Assembly: GCA_963809485.1 (NCBI GenBank)
Contig: CAWEJX010000020.1
Span: 672,001 to 736,000 of the forward strand
DNA from: an uncultured Acidobacteriota bacterium
GTDB taxonomy: Bacteria; Acidobacteriota; UBA6911
Reading direction: 5' to 3'
Length of the DNA stretch: 64,000 bases
Part shown: positions 39,061 through 49,693 of the stretch, piece by piece
Layout: the number at the start of each line of letters is the position of its first letter
How positions within the stretch are numbered: position 1 is the first letter of the stretch
The notes under the pieces: model-generated
Databases searched by the model: none
The model's input: only the letters and a program-made list of their open reading frames with translations
What the model was told of the DNA's origin: nothing
Program-made: the position numbers and the translations under genes

Positions 39061-39198
39061 CGGCTGCACGGAATCCGCCAGCCTCGATTTTATCTGCGAC
39101 TGAACCATCGGTATTGGCAGGTATCCTAAGGCAGAGCCGGCGGATCTCTCAACGAATCGGCGCGGACGGTCTCTGGAGAGCCGTCCGCACCAAACCGG

Positions 39199-40041
39199 TC
39201 AGTTGGGGGCGGAGACGATGCCGCGGAGCATCTTGATGTGATTGCGAATGTAGGCGACGTCTTCGGGAGCCGCCGCATGCTCCAGGTAATACTCGAGATC
39301 GGCCAAAGCTTTGGCAAAAAGGCTTGTCTGCATATACAGCATCCCACGATCGCGAATTTCTGAACCCGTCCCGGGATTGAGCATGAGAATTCTGTCTATT
39401 ACGGAGATGGCCTTGTGATAGTACTCCCGCTGCATATAAATGCCCTTTAGGTTATACAGCATCCGCGTGAGGATCGCTCTTTTGCCCATGGGCTGAAACA
39501 ACGCCGGGGTTACGGAGACAGTGCCATCGGAGGTTTTGTCCAGAATTTCCTGGCACTCGTTGGGCGTTACAATCCGGCCAAGCCCGAACGGATCGATTAT
39601 GATTTCGCGATCGCTGGAAACGTGTTTTACCAGGAAGTGTCCCGGGAATCCTATTCCCTCGATTTCGAATCCGACGCGTCTGGCAATTTCCATATAGATG
39701 ACGGAAAGCGAAATCGGGATTCCCATTTTGCGATCCAGGACCTCATTCAGATAGCTGTTCCTGGGATCGTAGTAATCTTCAGTGTTGCCGCGCAATCCTT
39801 CCTGTACAAAAATCACATTGTTGATGCTTTCTATGACATTAGCAGGCCTTCGATCAATTCCTGCGAGCGCCCCGGCCCGGGCGGCAAACGTATCGAGCCG
39901 GCGCACGTAATCCGCGATATCCAGATCCGGGTACTCTTCCAATCCCATCGTCAGCGCAGCCCGGTCAAGGAACATGGCGTCTTCGTCCAGGGCGGCTATC
40001 TCGGAAAAGGATTGTCGGGCTTTAATGGTTTCGAGTATCAC
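39199..40041 (-). CDS. SirB1-like transglutaminase-core/TPR protein
   Basis: GN..DYYDPRNSYLN.VLDR..GIPISL, FPGHF, RMLYNLK, E.RDRG; GTGA overlap with the upstream gene. Confidence 0.9.
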   Translation of the reverse strand: MILETIKARQSFSEIAALDEDAMFLDRAALTMGLEEYPDLDIADYVRRLDTFAARAGALAGIDRRPANVIESINNVIFVQEGLRGNTEDYYDPRNSYLNEVLDRKMGIPISLSVIYMEIARRVGFEIEGIGFPGHFLVKHVSSDREIIIDPFGLGRIVTPNECQEILDKTSDGTVSVTPALFQPMGKRAILTRMLYNLKGIYMQREYYHKAISVIDRILMLNPGTGSEIRDRGMLYMQTSLFAKALADLEYYLEHAAAPEDVAYIRNHIKMLRGIVSAPN

Positions 40042-40751
40042 GCTGGTTCCCCGAAAAGGGCTCGCAAGCTGTCCGCCTGAACTTCTTCCAGAGATGCCGC
40101 AATTCTATCCGCTGCGCTCAGCATGGGACCGGGATAGCTGTTGCTGATGGCTAGACAAACCATTCCCGCAGCCTGAGCGCCCTTAATGCCGGCGACAGAA
40201 TCCTCGATTACCAGACATTCACCCGGCAGTATGGGCGGCGACTGCCTGATTTTGGCGTTCAGCCGTTCTAATGCCAGGAGGTAACTCTCCGGGTGAGGTT
40301 TTCCCCGAGTGAAATCCTCCGCGGCCACGATAACGGTAAAAAGGCTATCCAATCCTGCCGCATTCAGTGTTGCCTCGATCTCTTCTCTGCGTGCGCCTGA
40401 GGCGATAGCCAGGGGATAGCGCTGCGCTGCAGCCCTAATAAATCGGGCAGCGCCGGGAAATAACGGGAATCGATTCTGGAGCAGCCGATCGTAGGCCGCG
40501 ACCTTTTTCGCCAGTGCGTTTTTTCTTTGTTTATCGCTCAGCCGGAAAGCATGGTCCCGGCAGATGGCTTCGAGGCATCCGGCGTCATCCATCGGCAGAT
40601 ATCTATCCCAGTACGCCTCGCGTGTAAGATCGATGCCGAATTCAGCCACAGCGTCCCGCATTGCGGCAAAGTGAAGCGGCTCATCATCGAGAATGACGCC
40701 GTTAAAATCGAAAATAATGGCTTTGAGCATAGGTCTCATGCCTGGGAGCAA
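40038..40751 (-). CDS. HAD-superfamily phosphatase (beta-PGM-like)
   Basis: FDFNGVILDDE, ASGA, KPHPE, IEDS..GI. Confidence 0.9.
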   Translation of the reverse strand: MLPGMRPMLKAIIFDFNGVILDDEPLHFAAMRDAVAEFGIDLTREAYWDRYLPMDDAGCLEAICRDHAFRLSDKQRKNALAKKVAAYDRLLQNRFPLFPGAARFIRAAAQRYPLAIASGARREEIEATLNAAGLDSLFTVIVAAEDFTRGKPHPESYLLALERLNAKIRQSPPILPGECLVIEDSVAGIKGAQAAGMVCLAISNSYPGPMLSAADRIAASLEEVQADSLRALFGEPA

Positions 40752-40792
40752 GGAAATCCCTTCTCATGACGCGATCGAAGTGTGAATGGAGT

Positions 40793-41281
40793 CTAGGGGA
40801 TTTCAGCCTTCAGGACCGATTCCAGTTTGAATTCAAGGATGGTCTCCGCCGGAATTCTCAGAACTTCCCCTTTCGTCAACACCTGGACTCCTGTTCCGAC
40901 TGCGGCACCCGATGCAGCTCCAACGGCTGCGCCTGTTCCGCCCCCGGCGATAGCCCCGATAATGGCGCCCAGGGCAGCCGTGCCGCCCACGGTCGCTGCG
41001 GTTCGCCTTCCCCGGGATGCGCCCACCTCCTGGTAGTCCGACGTGCGCACCATAAAGGACCGGCCGTCTGCAACCAGATCTGTAAGCTCAAGGATCAATT
41101 GAGGTTGCCCGGAGATTCTGCCCAGAATCCGAAAATCGATCATCCCCGAATCCCCGCGCACAAACTTGCCCGAATATACGGTGCCGTCTTTGAGTATGAT
41201 CTGGTCGGCCCAGGCAGTTGCCGAAAAAAGGCCGACCAATATGCAGGCTAAAGATATATAAAGATAAGGCTTAGACCTCAT
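40793..41281 (-). CDS. Secreted protein with glycine zipper, possibly internally deleted
   Basis: Signal peptide ending AWA; D...LKDG....G; [22 protein letters not shown] glycine zipper; IPAET.L.F.L. Confidence 0.7.
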   Translation of the reverse strand: MRSKPYLYISLACILVGLFSATAWADQIILKDGTVYSGKFVRGDSGMIDFRILGRISGQPQLILELTDLVADGRSFMVRTSDYQEVGASRGRRTAATVGGTAALGAIIGAIAGGGTGAAVGAASGAAVGTGVQVLTKGEVLRIPAETILEFKLESVLKAEIP

Positions 41282-41386
41282 TGCAGTCCTCCCTCCATCG
41301 GGCGGATGCACACAAAAAATCGGATCCGCCGGGAAAATGACAATGATTAAAGTTAGCGCCGATAGGGGAAAAATTCAAACTCCGAA

Positions 41387-41878
41387 TCAACGTCCATTAT
41401 CTTCTTCGGTTTTTGAGGGAGGGTAGCCGAGAAATCCGTAGCGAAGGACCTTGACCTTTACCATTCGTCTGCCGAATTCCTTGCACATGTCGTAGTTTGG
41501 TATGAAGATGTCGATGATTTTGCCTTTGATCAACTCGCCGGTATCGAGGACCTGATAGATCCCGCCCATGAGCGGTGAATCCACATAGATCAATGAGCCC
41601 AGTGGTATGACTTTCGGGTCGGAGGCAACCCGTCCGGGAGCGGTCGCTGCACCCGATTTGGTAATTCCGGTAACGCAATATGCCGTTGCCTGGAACTCCT
41701 CCTGGCCGCTGGAAGTAGACGATGGTCTTTTTATATCGTTGTAATAAAATGGTTTATCGGATATTCTGTAGCACTCGCGATGCGCAAAATGGATGATTCC
41801 GGCAAAGCCGGCTAATATAAGCGCGGTCCTCAGAAGCGAGATTCGCTTTCGGAATATTATCTGCTTTTCTTTCGACAT
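41387..41878 (-). CDS. 3D-domain (MltA-like) cell-wall protein
   Basis: ATAY...G.T.SG...A.DP.VIPLGS...DTG..IKG..IDIF; N-terminal TM; RBS GAGGAGG. Confidence 0.9.
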   Translation of the reverse strand: MSKEKQIIFRKRISLLRTALILAGFAGIIHFAHRECYRISDKPFYYNDIKRPSSTSSGQEEFQATAYCVTGITKSGAATAPGRVASDPKVIPLGSLIYVDSPLMGGIYQVLDTGELIKGKIIDIFIPNYDMCKEFGRRMVKVKVLRYGFLGYPPSKTEEDNGR

Positions 41879-42038
41879 GGATCCTCCTCACGCAAAACAG
41901 TACTTCCCATTCCGGGCAGAAGATTAACGACAGATTTCAAGTAAGGCTAAAAAGGCGGGGAAGAAGAGACGTCTGCGCAATCAGCACACAGGGGATCGGG
42001 AATAAAAACGTCTCTCGCGTGTCGCTCGGCATGCAAAA

Positions 42039-42068
42039 AGGCTAGCAATTCAGAACCGCTCGGGTCAA
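42039..42068 (-). promoter_or_regulatory. Putative extended -10 sigma70 promoter upstream of the 3D-domain gene
   Basis: TTGACC-18 nt-(TGC)TAGCCT on the minus strand. Confidence 0.4.
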
Positions 42069-42202
42069 TAGTTTTTTTTCAGGGAGAGGATGGCTCAAAA
42101 ATGGGCTCGAGCGATCCCAGCCTTTCATAGGGGAAAGCCAGACTCTGGCTCAGGGAAGTATTCAATACGCTTCTATGGTATCCTCTAAAAGAGAGCCATG
42201 TT

Positions 42203-42565
42203 ATGCATGAATTGGGTATCGCGCAGAACATCCTTGAGATCGTCCAGCAGGCCGTACCGGACGGGCAGAAGGCTGCGGTCCGTAAGGTCCATATCAGGGT
42301 AGGTCAGCTTTCGGGAGTCGTCCCCGATTCGCTGGACTTCTGTTTCAGCGTCATCCTGAATGAATCGCGGATGCCGGAGGCGAGGCTTGCCATTGAACAG
42401 GTGCCGACCATTTCCCAGTGCAGGGATTGCGCGCACCGATTCCCGATCGAGGATCTGGCCTTTGTGTGTCCGGCATGCAAAAGCACGAATCTTGAGCTCA
42501 TTTCCGGCAAGGAACTGGAGGTTGTGGGAATCGAGCTCGCGGACGACCGCGACGAGGCTATATGA
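42203..42565 (+). CDS. hypA: Hydrogenase nickel metallochaperone HypA
   Basis: MHEL; two CxxC motifs; SGKEL. Confidence 0.95.
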   Translation: MHELGIAQNILEIVQQAVPDGQKAAVRKVHIRVGQLSGVVPDSLDFCFSVILNESRMPEARLAIEQVPTISQCRDCAHRFPIEDLAFVCPACKSTNLELISGKELEVVGIELADDRDEAI

Positions 42566-43218
42566 GCATAATCACCATCGAGCGTAAGGTGTTGGAAAAG
42601 AACGATGAAATCGCCCAGCGGAACCGTACGTTTTTCCGTGACCGCGGGATCTTTGTATTGAATCTCGTCAGTTCGCCGGGGGCGGGGAAAACCAGCATTC
42701 TGGAGAAAACTTTCCAGCAACTCAGAAATTCTTCGAACATCGCCGTCATAGAGGGCGACGTTCAAACCGATCTCGATGCCCAACGCGTGGCACAATACGG
42801 GGTTCCGGTTGTGCAGATCGTCACCATGGGGGGCTGCCACCTGGAGGCAAAGCTTGTCCAGGATGCCATGAAAAGCCTGAATTTGGAGAAAGTAGACCTG
42901 CTTTTCATCGAGAATGTGGGTAATTTGGTTTGCCCTGCCAGTTATGACCTCGGCGAAGCAATCAAAGTGGTGGTTCTGAGCACAACCGAAGGGGATGACA
43001 AACCACTGAAATATCCCGGCATGTTCCGCAATTCGTCCGTATTGATCATCAATAAAACGGATTTGATACCCTATGTGAACTGCAATCTGGACGAACTGAA
43101 AAGAAACGCTCTGCAGATCAACCCGGCGCTTCGGATCTTCGAAATCTCATGCTTCACCGGAGCCGGAATTCCGGAATGGTGTGACTGGCTCAGGAAAAAG
43201 GATGCCTCAGGACTGTGA
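42562..43218 (+). CDS. hypB: Hydrogenase nickel incorporation GTPase HypB
   Basis: SSPGAGKT, GCHL, ENVGNLVCP, EGDDKPLKYP, NKTD. Confidence 0.96.
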   Translation: MSIITIERKVLEKNDEIAQRNRTFFRDRGIFVLNLVSSPGAGKTSILEKTFQQLRNSSNIAVIEGDVQTDLDAQRVAQYGVPVVQIVTMGGCHLEAKLVQDAMKSLNLEKVDLLFIENVGNLVCPASYDLGEAIKVVVLSTTEGDDKPLKYPGMFRNSSVLIINKTDLIPYVNCNLDELKRNALQINPALRIFEISCFTGAGIPEWCDWLRKKDASGL

Positions 43219-45551
43219 CCCAAAGAATGCACATCACCATCCGAGGAGCCGTCCAGGGGGTCGGATTCAGGCCTTTTGTGTACAGGCTGGCCACGGAAAT
43301 GAAGCTTCCGGGCTGGGTGCTCAATTCGCCGCAGGGGGTTTTCATCGAAGTCGAGGGCGAAGCAGACGCTCTGAAGTCCTTTCTGCTGAGATTGCAGCAT
43401 GAGAAACCTTCGCCTTCCTTTATTCAAAGCCTGGAATTTTCGTACCTGGATCCGGTTCCTTTCGGCAATTTCGAGATACGGACCAGTGATCAGACAGGGA
43501 CAGCCGACGCGCTGATCCTGCCCGACATTGCCACCTGTGCAGAATGCATGTCGGAAGTACTCAATCCTTCCAATCGGCGCTACCGCTATCCGTTCACAAA
43601 CTGTACTCATTGCGGCCCCCGTTTTTCGATCGTGGAATCGCTTCCCTACGATCGCCCCAACACCTCGATGAAATCGTTCGAAATGTGCGCGGAATGCCGG
43701 AGTGAATACGAAAGCCCCGAAGACCGACGCTTCCATGCACAGCCCAATGCATGCCCGGTCTGCGGGCCTGTTTTGGAGCTGTGGGACCCGTCAGGCAGAG
43801 CCATTGCCAGTCGAGATGACGCCCTGGTACAGGCGGCCGTATCTATTCGAGAGGGAAAAATTCTCGCGCTGAAGGGGATTGGAGGCTTTCAGCTGCTGGC
43901 CGACGCACGCAATTCCGAAGCCGTGGAAACACTGCGTCTCAGAAAACACCGCGAGGAAAAGCCTTTTGCACTGATGTACCCTTCCATTGAAGCTGCATGC
44001 GCCGACTGCGCGGTCTCTGAACTTGAAACCAGATTGTTGGGTGCGCCCGAGTCTCCCATCGTCCTCCTCAGTCGAAGGCAGGACGGTTCGCGGCCGACTG
44101 TTTCCACTGCAGTTGCGCCCGGCAATCCCTGCCTGGGTGTGATGCTCCCTTACACTCCCCTGCACCATCTGCTGATGAGAGAGACCGGTTTCCCGGTGAT
44201 CGCAACCAGCGGCAACCGCGCCGACGAGCCGATCTGCATTGATGAGCGCGAAGCGCTGACCAGGCTGAAGGGCATGGCGGATCTTTTCCTCGTCCACAAC
44301 CGGCCAATTGTCCGGCACGTGGACGATTCCATAGTCAGAATAGTCCGGGACCGGGAGCTCGTCCTGAGGCGGGCGCGCGGATATGCCCCGCTGCCGATTC
44401 ATTGCGAACAGGCAGCGTCCGGAATCCTGGCTGTCGGCGCGCATCTAAAGAACACCGTGGCATTGACGGTGGGAAAGAACATATTTGTCAGCCAGCATAT
44501 CGGGGATCTGGAAAACCGGGAGGCCAGCGGCGCGTTTCAACGGGTTATCACGGATTTCCGCCGCCTGTATCCGATAAAGCCTGCTCATATCGCCGCCGAT
44601 CTGCATCCGGACTATCTTTCGACCAGATTCGCCGGCGAAAGCGGATTGCCGCTGATTTCGGTTCAGCACCACTATGCCCACGTTGCCGCCTGCATGGCCG
44701 AAAACAGGATCGAGGGCAAAGTGCTGGGCGTGTCCTGGGACGGGACCGGCTACGGGCCCGATGGAACTGTCTGGGGAGGGGAGTTCCTTTTGACCGATGA
44801 CACAAGCTTTCGTCGTGCGGCCACCTTCCGCAGATTCAGGCTGCCGGGCAGCGCATCTGCGATCAGAGAACCCCGAAGGACTGCTCTCGGACTACTCTTT
44901 GAAATGATGGGAGAAGGCATTTTCCGGGAAAAGGATTCCGATCCTGTCCGCGCTTTCAGCGACTCCGAAATCCCCGTACTTTTGCGGATGCTGCAAAATG
45001 GGATCCATTCCCCCTGGACCACGAGCGCCGGCCGTCTGTTCGATGCAATTGCTTCCATTGCAGGTCTGCGGCAGCGGAACCGATTTGAAGGGCAGGCAGC
45101 CATGGAACTGGAGTTCGCCATTGGCACCGAAAAGACCGGGGAGTCCTATCCTTTTGCCGTCTTAAAAAAGGCAGATCCGGAGCCGGGGAGCTTTCAGGCC
45201 GGTCTGATAGTGGACTGGGAACCCATGATACGCGCAATTCTGCGGGAAGTCCGGGACGAAATTCCCCTGGCACGTATATCCGGAAAATTCCACAATACTC
45301 TTGTGGAGATCATCGTGGAGGTCGCCCGGCGAATCGCGGAAAATCGAGTGATCCTTTCGGGAGGATGTTTTCAGAACAGGTTTTTGATCGAGCATTCGGT
45401 CGAGAGGCTGGAGGCGGAGGGATTCAGGCCTTATTGGCACCAGAGGATTCCGCCGAACGACGGCGGCATTGCTCTGGGCCAGGTCGTCGCAGCCGCCCGT
45501 TTTCTGGGAAAAGTGGCAGAGGATCGATGGACTAAAGGAGCAAAGGGATAA
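43215..45551 (+). CDS. hypF: Carbamoyltransferase HypF
   Basis: GAVQGVGFRP acylphosphatase domain, two Zn fingers, KGIGGF, QHH.AH, DGTGYG, NDGGIALGQ. Confidence 0.96.
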   Translation: MTQRMHITIRGAVQGVGFRPFVYRLATEMKLPGWVLNSPQGVFIEVEGEADALKSFLLRLQHEKPSPSFIQSLEFSYLDPVPFGNFEIRTSDQTGTADALILPDIATCAECMSEVLNPSNRRYRYPFTNCTHCGPRFSIVESLPYDRPNTSMKSFEMCAECRSEYESPEDRRFHAQPNACPVCGPVLELWDPSGRAIASRDDALVQAAVSIREGKILALKGIGGFQLLADARNSEAVETLRLRKHREEKPFALMYPSIEAACADCAVSELETRLLGAPESPIVLLSRRQDGSRPTVSTAVAPGNPCLGVMLPYTPLHHLLMRETGFPVIATSGNRADEPICIDEREALTRLKGMADLFLVHNRPIVRHVDDSIVRIVRDRELVLRRARGYAPLPIHCEQAASGILAVGAHLKNTVALTVGKNIFVSQHIGDLENREASGAFQRVITDFRRLYPIKPAHIAADLHPDYLSTRFAGESGLPLISVQHHYAHVAACMAENRIEGKVLGVSWDGTGYGPDGTVWGGEFLLTDDTSFRRAATFRRFRLPGSASAIREPRRTALGLLFEMMGEGIFREKDSDPVRAFSDSEIPVLLRMLQNGIHSPWTTSAGRLFDAIASIAGLRQRNRFEGQAAMELEFAIGTEKTGESYPFAVLKKADPEPGSFQAGLIVDWEPMIRAILREVRDEIPLARISGKFHNTLVEIIVEVARRIAENRVILSGGCFQNRFLIEHSVERLEAEGFRPYWHQRIPPNDGGIALGQVVAAARFLGKVAEDRWTKGAKG

Positions 45552-45599
45552 GCGAGTTGATTTCCCTTTGATCCTTTGCCCCTTTGATCCTTTGATCCT
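45530..45599. repeat. 8-9-nt AAAGG/CCTTTG short-period inverted repeat at the hypF-hypC junction
   Basis: GGACTAAAGGAGCAAAGGGA ... TCCCTTTGATCCTTTGCCCCTTTGATCCTTTGATCC. Confidence 0.65.
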
Positions 45600-45640
45600 A
45601 ATCTGAGGTTTCTGTTAAAAGCAAAAGGGGGGAATGAAAC

Positions 45641-45898
45641 ATGTGTCTGGCCGTTCCGGGAAAAATCATGAGCATCGAGGGTGAGGACCCCATTTTCCGC
45701 ACCGGGAAAGTCAATTTCGGCGGGATCGTCAAACAGATCAATCTCGCCTATGTGCCCGAGGCCAAGATCGGCGATTACGTTCTCGTCCACGTGGGTTTCG
45801 CCATCAGCACGATCGACGAGGCGGAAGCACAGGAGGTATTTGAATACCTGCGGCAGATCGGGGAGCTCGCGGAGCTGGAAGAGAACCACACGCCATGA
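45641..45898 (+). CDS. hypC: Hydrogenase assembly chaperone HypC
   Basis: MCLAVPG...[12 protein letters not shown]. Confidence 0.96.
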   Translation: MCLAVPGKIMSIEGEDPIFRTGKVNFGGIVKQINLAYVPEAKIGDYVLVHVGFAISTIDEAEAQEVFEYLRQIGELAELEENHTP

Positions 45899-46987
45899 GA
45901 TTCATTGACGAATATCGCGACGCGCAGGCGGCTCAGCAATATGCCCGAGCCCTCAAGCGCATCACGACGAAACCCTGGACCATTATGGAGGTATGCGGCG
46001 GCCAGACACATGCGATCGTGAAGTTCGGGGTCGACGAGCTTTTGCCGTCCGAGGTGACTCTGGTTCACGGACCCGGCTGTCCCGTTTGCGTCACACCGGT
46101 GGAGCTGATCGAAAAGGCGATTGAGATCGCATCCCGTCCGAATGTTTTATTCTGTTCGTTCGGGGACATGCTGCGCGTCCCGGGCCTGTCGAAGGATCTG
46201 CTGTCGGTGAAAGCCGCGGGCGGCGATGTGCGCATCGTTTATTCACCCCTCGACGCCCTCAAGCTTGCCGTGGATAATCCCGAGCGCGAAGTCGTTTTTT
46301 TTGCGGTCGGGTTCGAAACCACTGCGCCCGCCAATGCCATGGCTGTGTTTCAGGCCAGCCGGAGTTCGGTGCGCAACTTCTCGCTCCTGGTCTCTCATGT
46401 TCTGGTGCCTCCGGCCATGGAGGCAATTCTGTCTTTCCCCGACACCCGGGTGCAGGGCTTTCTGGCCGCCGGCCATGTCTGCGCGGTAATGGGATACACC
46501 GAATATGAGCCGATCGCCCAAAAGTATCGCGTGCCGGTCGTGGTAACGGGATTCGAACCGCTGGACATTCTGCAGGGCATATATATGTGCATTCGCCAGC
46601 TGGAGGAAGGACGCGCCGAGGTTGAAAATCAGTACTCCCGCTCGGTGCGCAGGGAAGGGAATCTCCCCGCCCAGAAACTGATTCGCGAAGTGTTCCGGGT
46701 TGTGCCGCGCAAGTGGCGTGGAGTCGGGGAAATTCCGCAAAGCGGGCTGGGCCTGCAGGAAAAATACGCCGCATACGATGCCGAGACGCGCTTCGGCATT
46801 GCTCATCACACGGCGGAAGAACCTGCGGAATGCATGAGCGGACTGATCCTGCAGGGCATCAGAAAGCCCCATGGAATGCCCTGCCTTCGGCGTCCGCTGC
46901 ACACCGGAGCATCCTCTCGGGGCAACCATGGTTTCGTCCGAGGGCGCCTGCGCGGCCTATTATCAATATCGAAGAAGAAAAAACTGA
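45895..46987 (+). CDS. hypD: Hydrogenase formation protein HypD; +1 frameshift near 46873
   Basis: [21 protein letters not shown]; removing one G restores [33 protein letters not shown], ending at TGA 46985-46987. Confidence 0.93.
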
Positions 46988-47001
46988 CACGAGTTAGACA
47001 C

Positions 47002-48059
47002 ATGGAATCCAAAATCCGGCCCTGCGTTTGTCTGTCCTATCCCGATCGAGCAATATCCCCATGTGCTTCTGGCACATGGCGGAGGGGGCAAGCTGACCAA
47101 CCAGCTGATCGAAAAGATGTTTCTCCCCGCGTTCGGCAACCCGATGCTGGGCGCAAGGCATGACGGCGCGACATTCAGCCTGCCCTCCGGGAAGCTCGCT
47201 TTCACAACCGACTCCTATGTGGTTCGCCCGCTATTTTTTCCGGGCGGAGACATCGGTACCCTTGCCGTCAACGGCACGGTGAACGATCTGGCAATGTGCG
47301 GAGCGCGACCCTTTTACCTGAGCGCAGGATTTATTCTCGAGGAAGGCCTCCCCATGGACACGCTTTGGCGCGTGGTTCAGTCGATGACGCAGGCGGCAAG
47401 CCAGGCCGGCGTCCAGCTGGTCACGGGCGACACCAAGGTCGTGGACCGGGGGAAAGGAGACGGGATCTTCATCAATACGGCCGGGATCGGCGTTGTTGAA
47501 TCCGGGCGCGCCATATCACCCGCCGCAGTCCGGGCGGGAGACTCCATTTTGTTGAGCGGCGATATAGGTCGCCATGGAATTGCGATCATGGCCGTACGTG
47601 AGGGGCTGGAGTTCGAAAGCACAATTCGAAAGCGACTGTGCGGCTCTTTCCGGGATCGTGATGGATTTGCTGGCGGCGGGGATTGAAGTGCACTGCCTGC
47701 GGGATCTCACTCGCGGGGGACTGGCCGGAGCGCTGGTTGAAATCGCAGAAGCAGCCCGACTGCATTTTGAAATCGAGGAGATCGCAATCCCGGTGCTGGA
47801 GGAAGTCCAGGGCGCCTGCGAAATCCTGGGCTTCGACCCCCTGTATGTGGCCAACGAAGGTCGGTTTATCAGCTTTGTGCCCGCCCGGGAAGCGGAGCGC
47901 GCGCTGCAGAGGATGCGTGCGCACCCGCTGGGCGCGCAGGCTCGAATCATCGGGACCGTCGCCGAAGACAATCCCGGCCTGGTGACGATGCGCAGCAGCA
48001 TAGGCGCTACCCGAATCGTCGACATGCTCAGCGGCGAACAACTGCCTCGCATCTGCTGA
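47002..48059 (+). CDS. hypE: Hydrogenase maturation protein HypE; +1 frameshifts near 47012 and 47625
   Basis: [41 protein letters not shown]-terminal PRIC. Confidence 0.93.
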
Positions 48060-48122
48060 CAGGCGCATGCGGCGCCGATTGCCGGGTTTCATCTGCCGCC
48101 CGGTCAGCGTCACTCAGCGTTA
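48055..48122. repeat. GCTGAC / GTCAGCG-type short inverted repeat
   Basis: GCTGACAGGCGC ... GGTCAGCGTCACTCAGCGTT; same family as 27747. Confidence 0.45.
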
Positions 48123-48262
48123 CCCAATACCGGTGCCTCCGCGATTTCTTCGATTGAAGCCCGGATTCCATTTGTTAAATTCGTGGCATTCATGGCAATC
48201 TTCTTCACCGAAGGCCCGATCCTTTTGCGCGCCATGGGATGATCGACTCAAAGGAGACCGTC

Positions 48263-49597
48263 GTGCAGCTTTTGCAGCGTTTCCAGGAAATCCGCGAAGG
48301 TTTTCAGCCGGCATTCTGGGTAGCCAACATCACCGAATTGTTTGAACGCCTGTCGTATTACGGCGTCAACGCGGTCCTCGCCATTTACCTGCACGAGACG
48401 CTCAAATTCTCACAACAGCAGACAGGAGAGTTGATCGGATTTTTCGGCGGCGTCGTCTGGTTCCTGCCGATCATCGGCGGAACCCTTGCCGATCGTCTCG
48501 GATTCCGCCGTTCGCTTGCCGGCGCCTACCTCGTCCTTGCCTTCGGCTATTTTCTGCTCGGATCCCTCTCCGCTGCATGGATGGCGCCTCTGAGGGATGC
48601 GTTGCCGCTGGCGGTGGTTGTGCAGTTGATCCTGTGCGTGCCCGGCGCTTGGCCCGGCAATCGTGAAACCTTGCGTGGTCGGGACTACCGCGCGCGCATC
48701 GACCGAAAATGTCCGTTCGCTCGGGTATTCCATCTATTACACGCTCGTGAATATCGGGGGCACACTGGGTCCGATCGTGGCGTTCGCGGTCCGGCGCACC
48801 ATCGGCATCGAAAATGTTTTCCGGGTATCTGCCGTCAGCGTGCTCCTGATGTTTTTCGCAACGATCTTCTTCTTCAAAGAACCGGATCGTCTCATCGAGA
48901 AACAGGTTGCGAGTTTCGCCCAGGCATTCAAAAACATGTTCGTCGTCCTGGCGAACGTGCGTTTCATGACTTTTCTGCTGATTTTTTCCGGATTCTGGAT
49001 CATGTTCTGGCAGGAGTTTATTGCCCTTCCGCTCTTCATTCGCGGCTATGTGAATCCGAATGCCGATGTGGATCTGCTGACGACCGTGGATCCGCTGGCG
49101 GTCATTCTCTTTCAGATTCTGATCAGCTATCTTACGCGCAAAATCCGGCCATTCGGCGCCATGACCGCCGGGATACTCATCACGAGCCTTTCGTGGCTGA
49201 TCCTGGCGGTCTGCGACCTCAGCCTGGCAAATCAATACCACCCTGCGGATCGGCTCATGGGATTTGCCGGTTCAGGGGCTTGCCGGTATACGCGGTGCTT
49301 GCACTCGTGGTGCTGGCTATTCGGCGAGATGGTGCAATCGCCGAGATATTACGAATATGTTTCACGGCTTGCGCCGCCCGGCCAGCAGGGCACTTTCATG
49401 GGATTTTCGTTTTTGCCGATCGCAATCGGTTTCGTTATTGCCGGCCAAATCGGCGGCCGGCTCGTGAATTATTTCGGGAAGTGCTGCATCGGCCGAATCA
49501 GCTCTGGTATGTCATCGCGGGCATCGGGGTCGCTGACGACGTTGCTGATGTGGATTTATGACAAGCTGGTGAAACCGCGGCCGGACCAGGAGCATAG
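48263..49597 (+). CDS. POT/PTR-like MFS peptide transporter; several apparent indels
   Basis: ELFERLSYYG motif, ADRLG.R, YSIYY..VNIGG, GEM..SPRYYEY; coding alternates between two frames near 48641, 49270, 49320, 49478 and 49528; 3' end approximate. Confidence 0.8.
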
Positions 49598-49693
49598 GGA
49601 AGCAGGTTGGGCAGATGGCACGGATCCCGCCCCGGATTCCGGTGTTTCCGGTGGGATTCGCTTTATTCGTTGTCGTTTTTCAGGGAGGCAGTC

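Noticed and set aside
45560-45600. Short tandem repeats as a CRISPR array
   Set aside because: Units are 7-11 nt with no unique spacers; no cas genes
45895-47163. HypD with a novel extended C-terminus
   Set aside because: The canonical Cys-rich C-terminus is present in the +1 frame, so this is a frameshift
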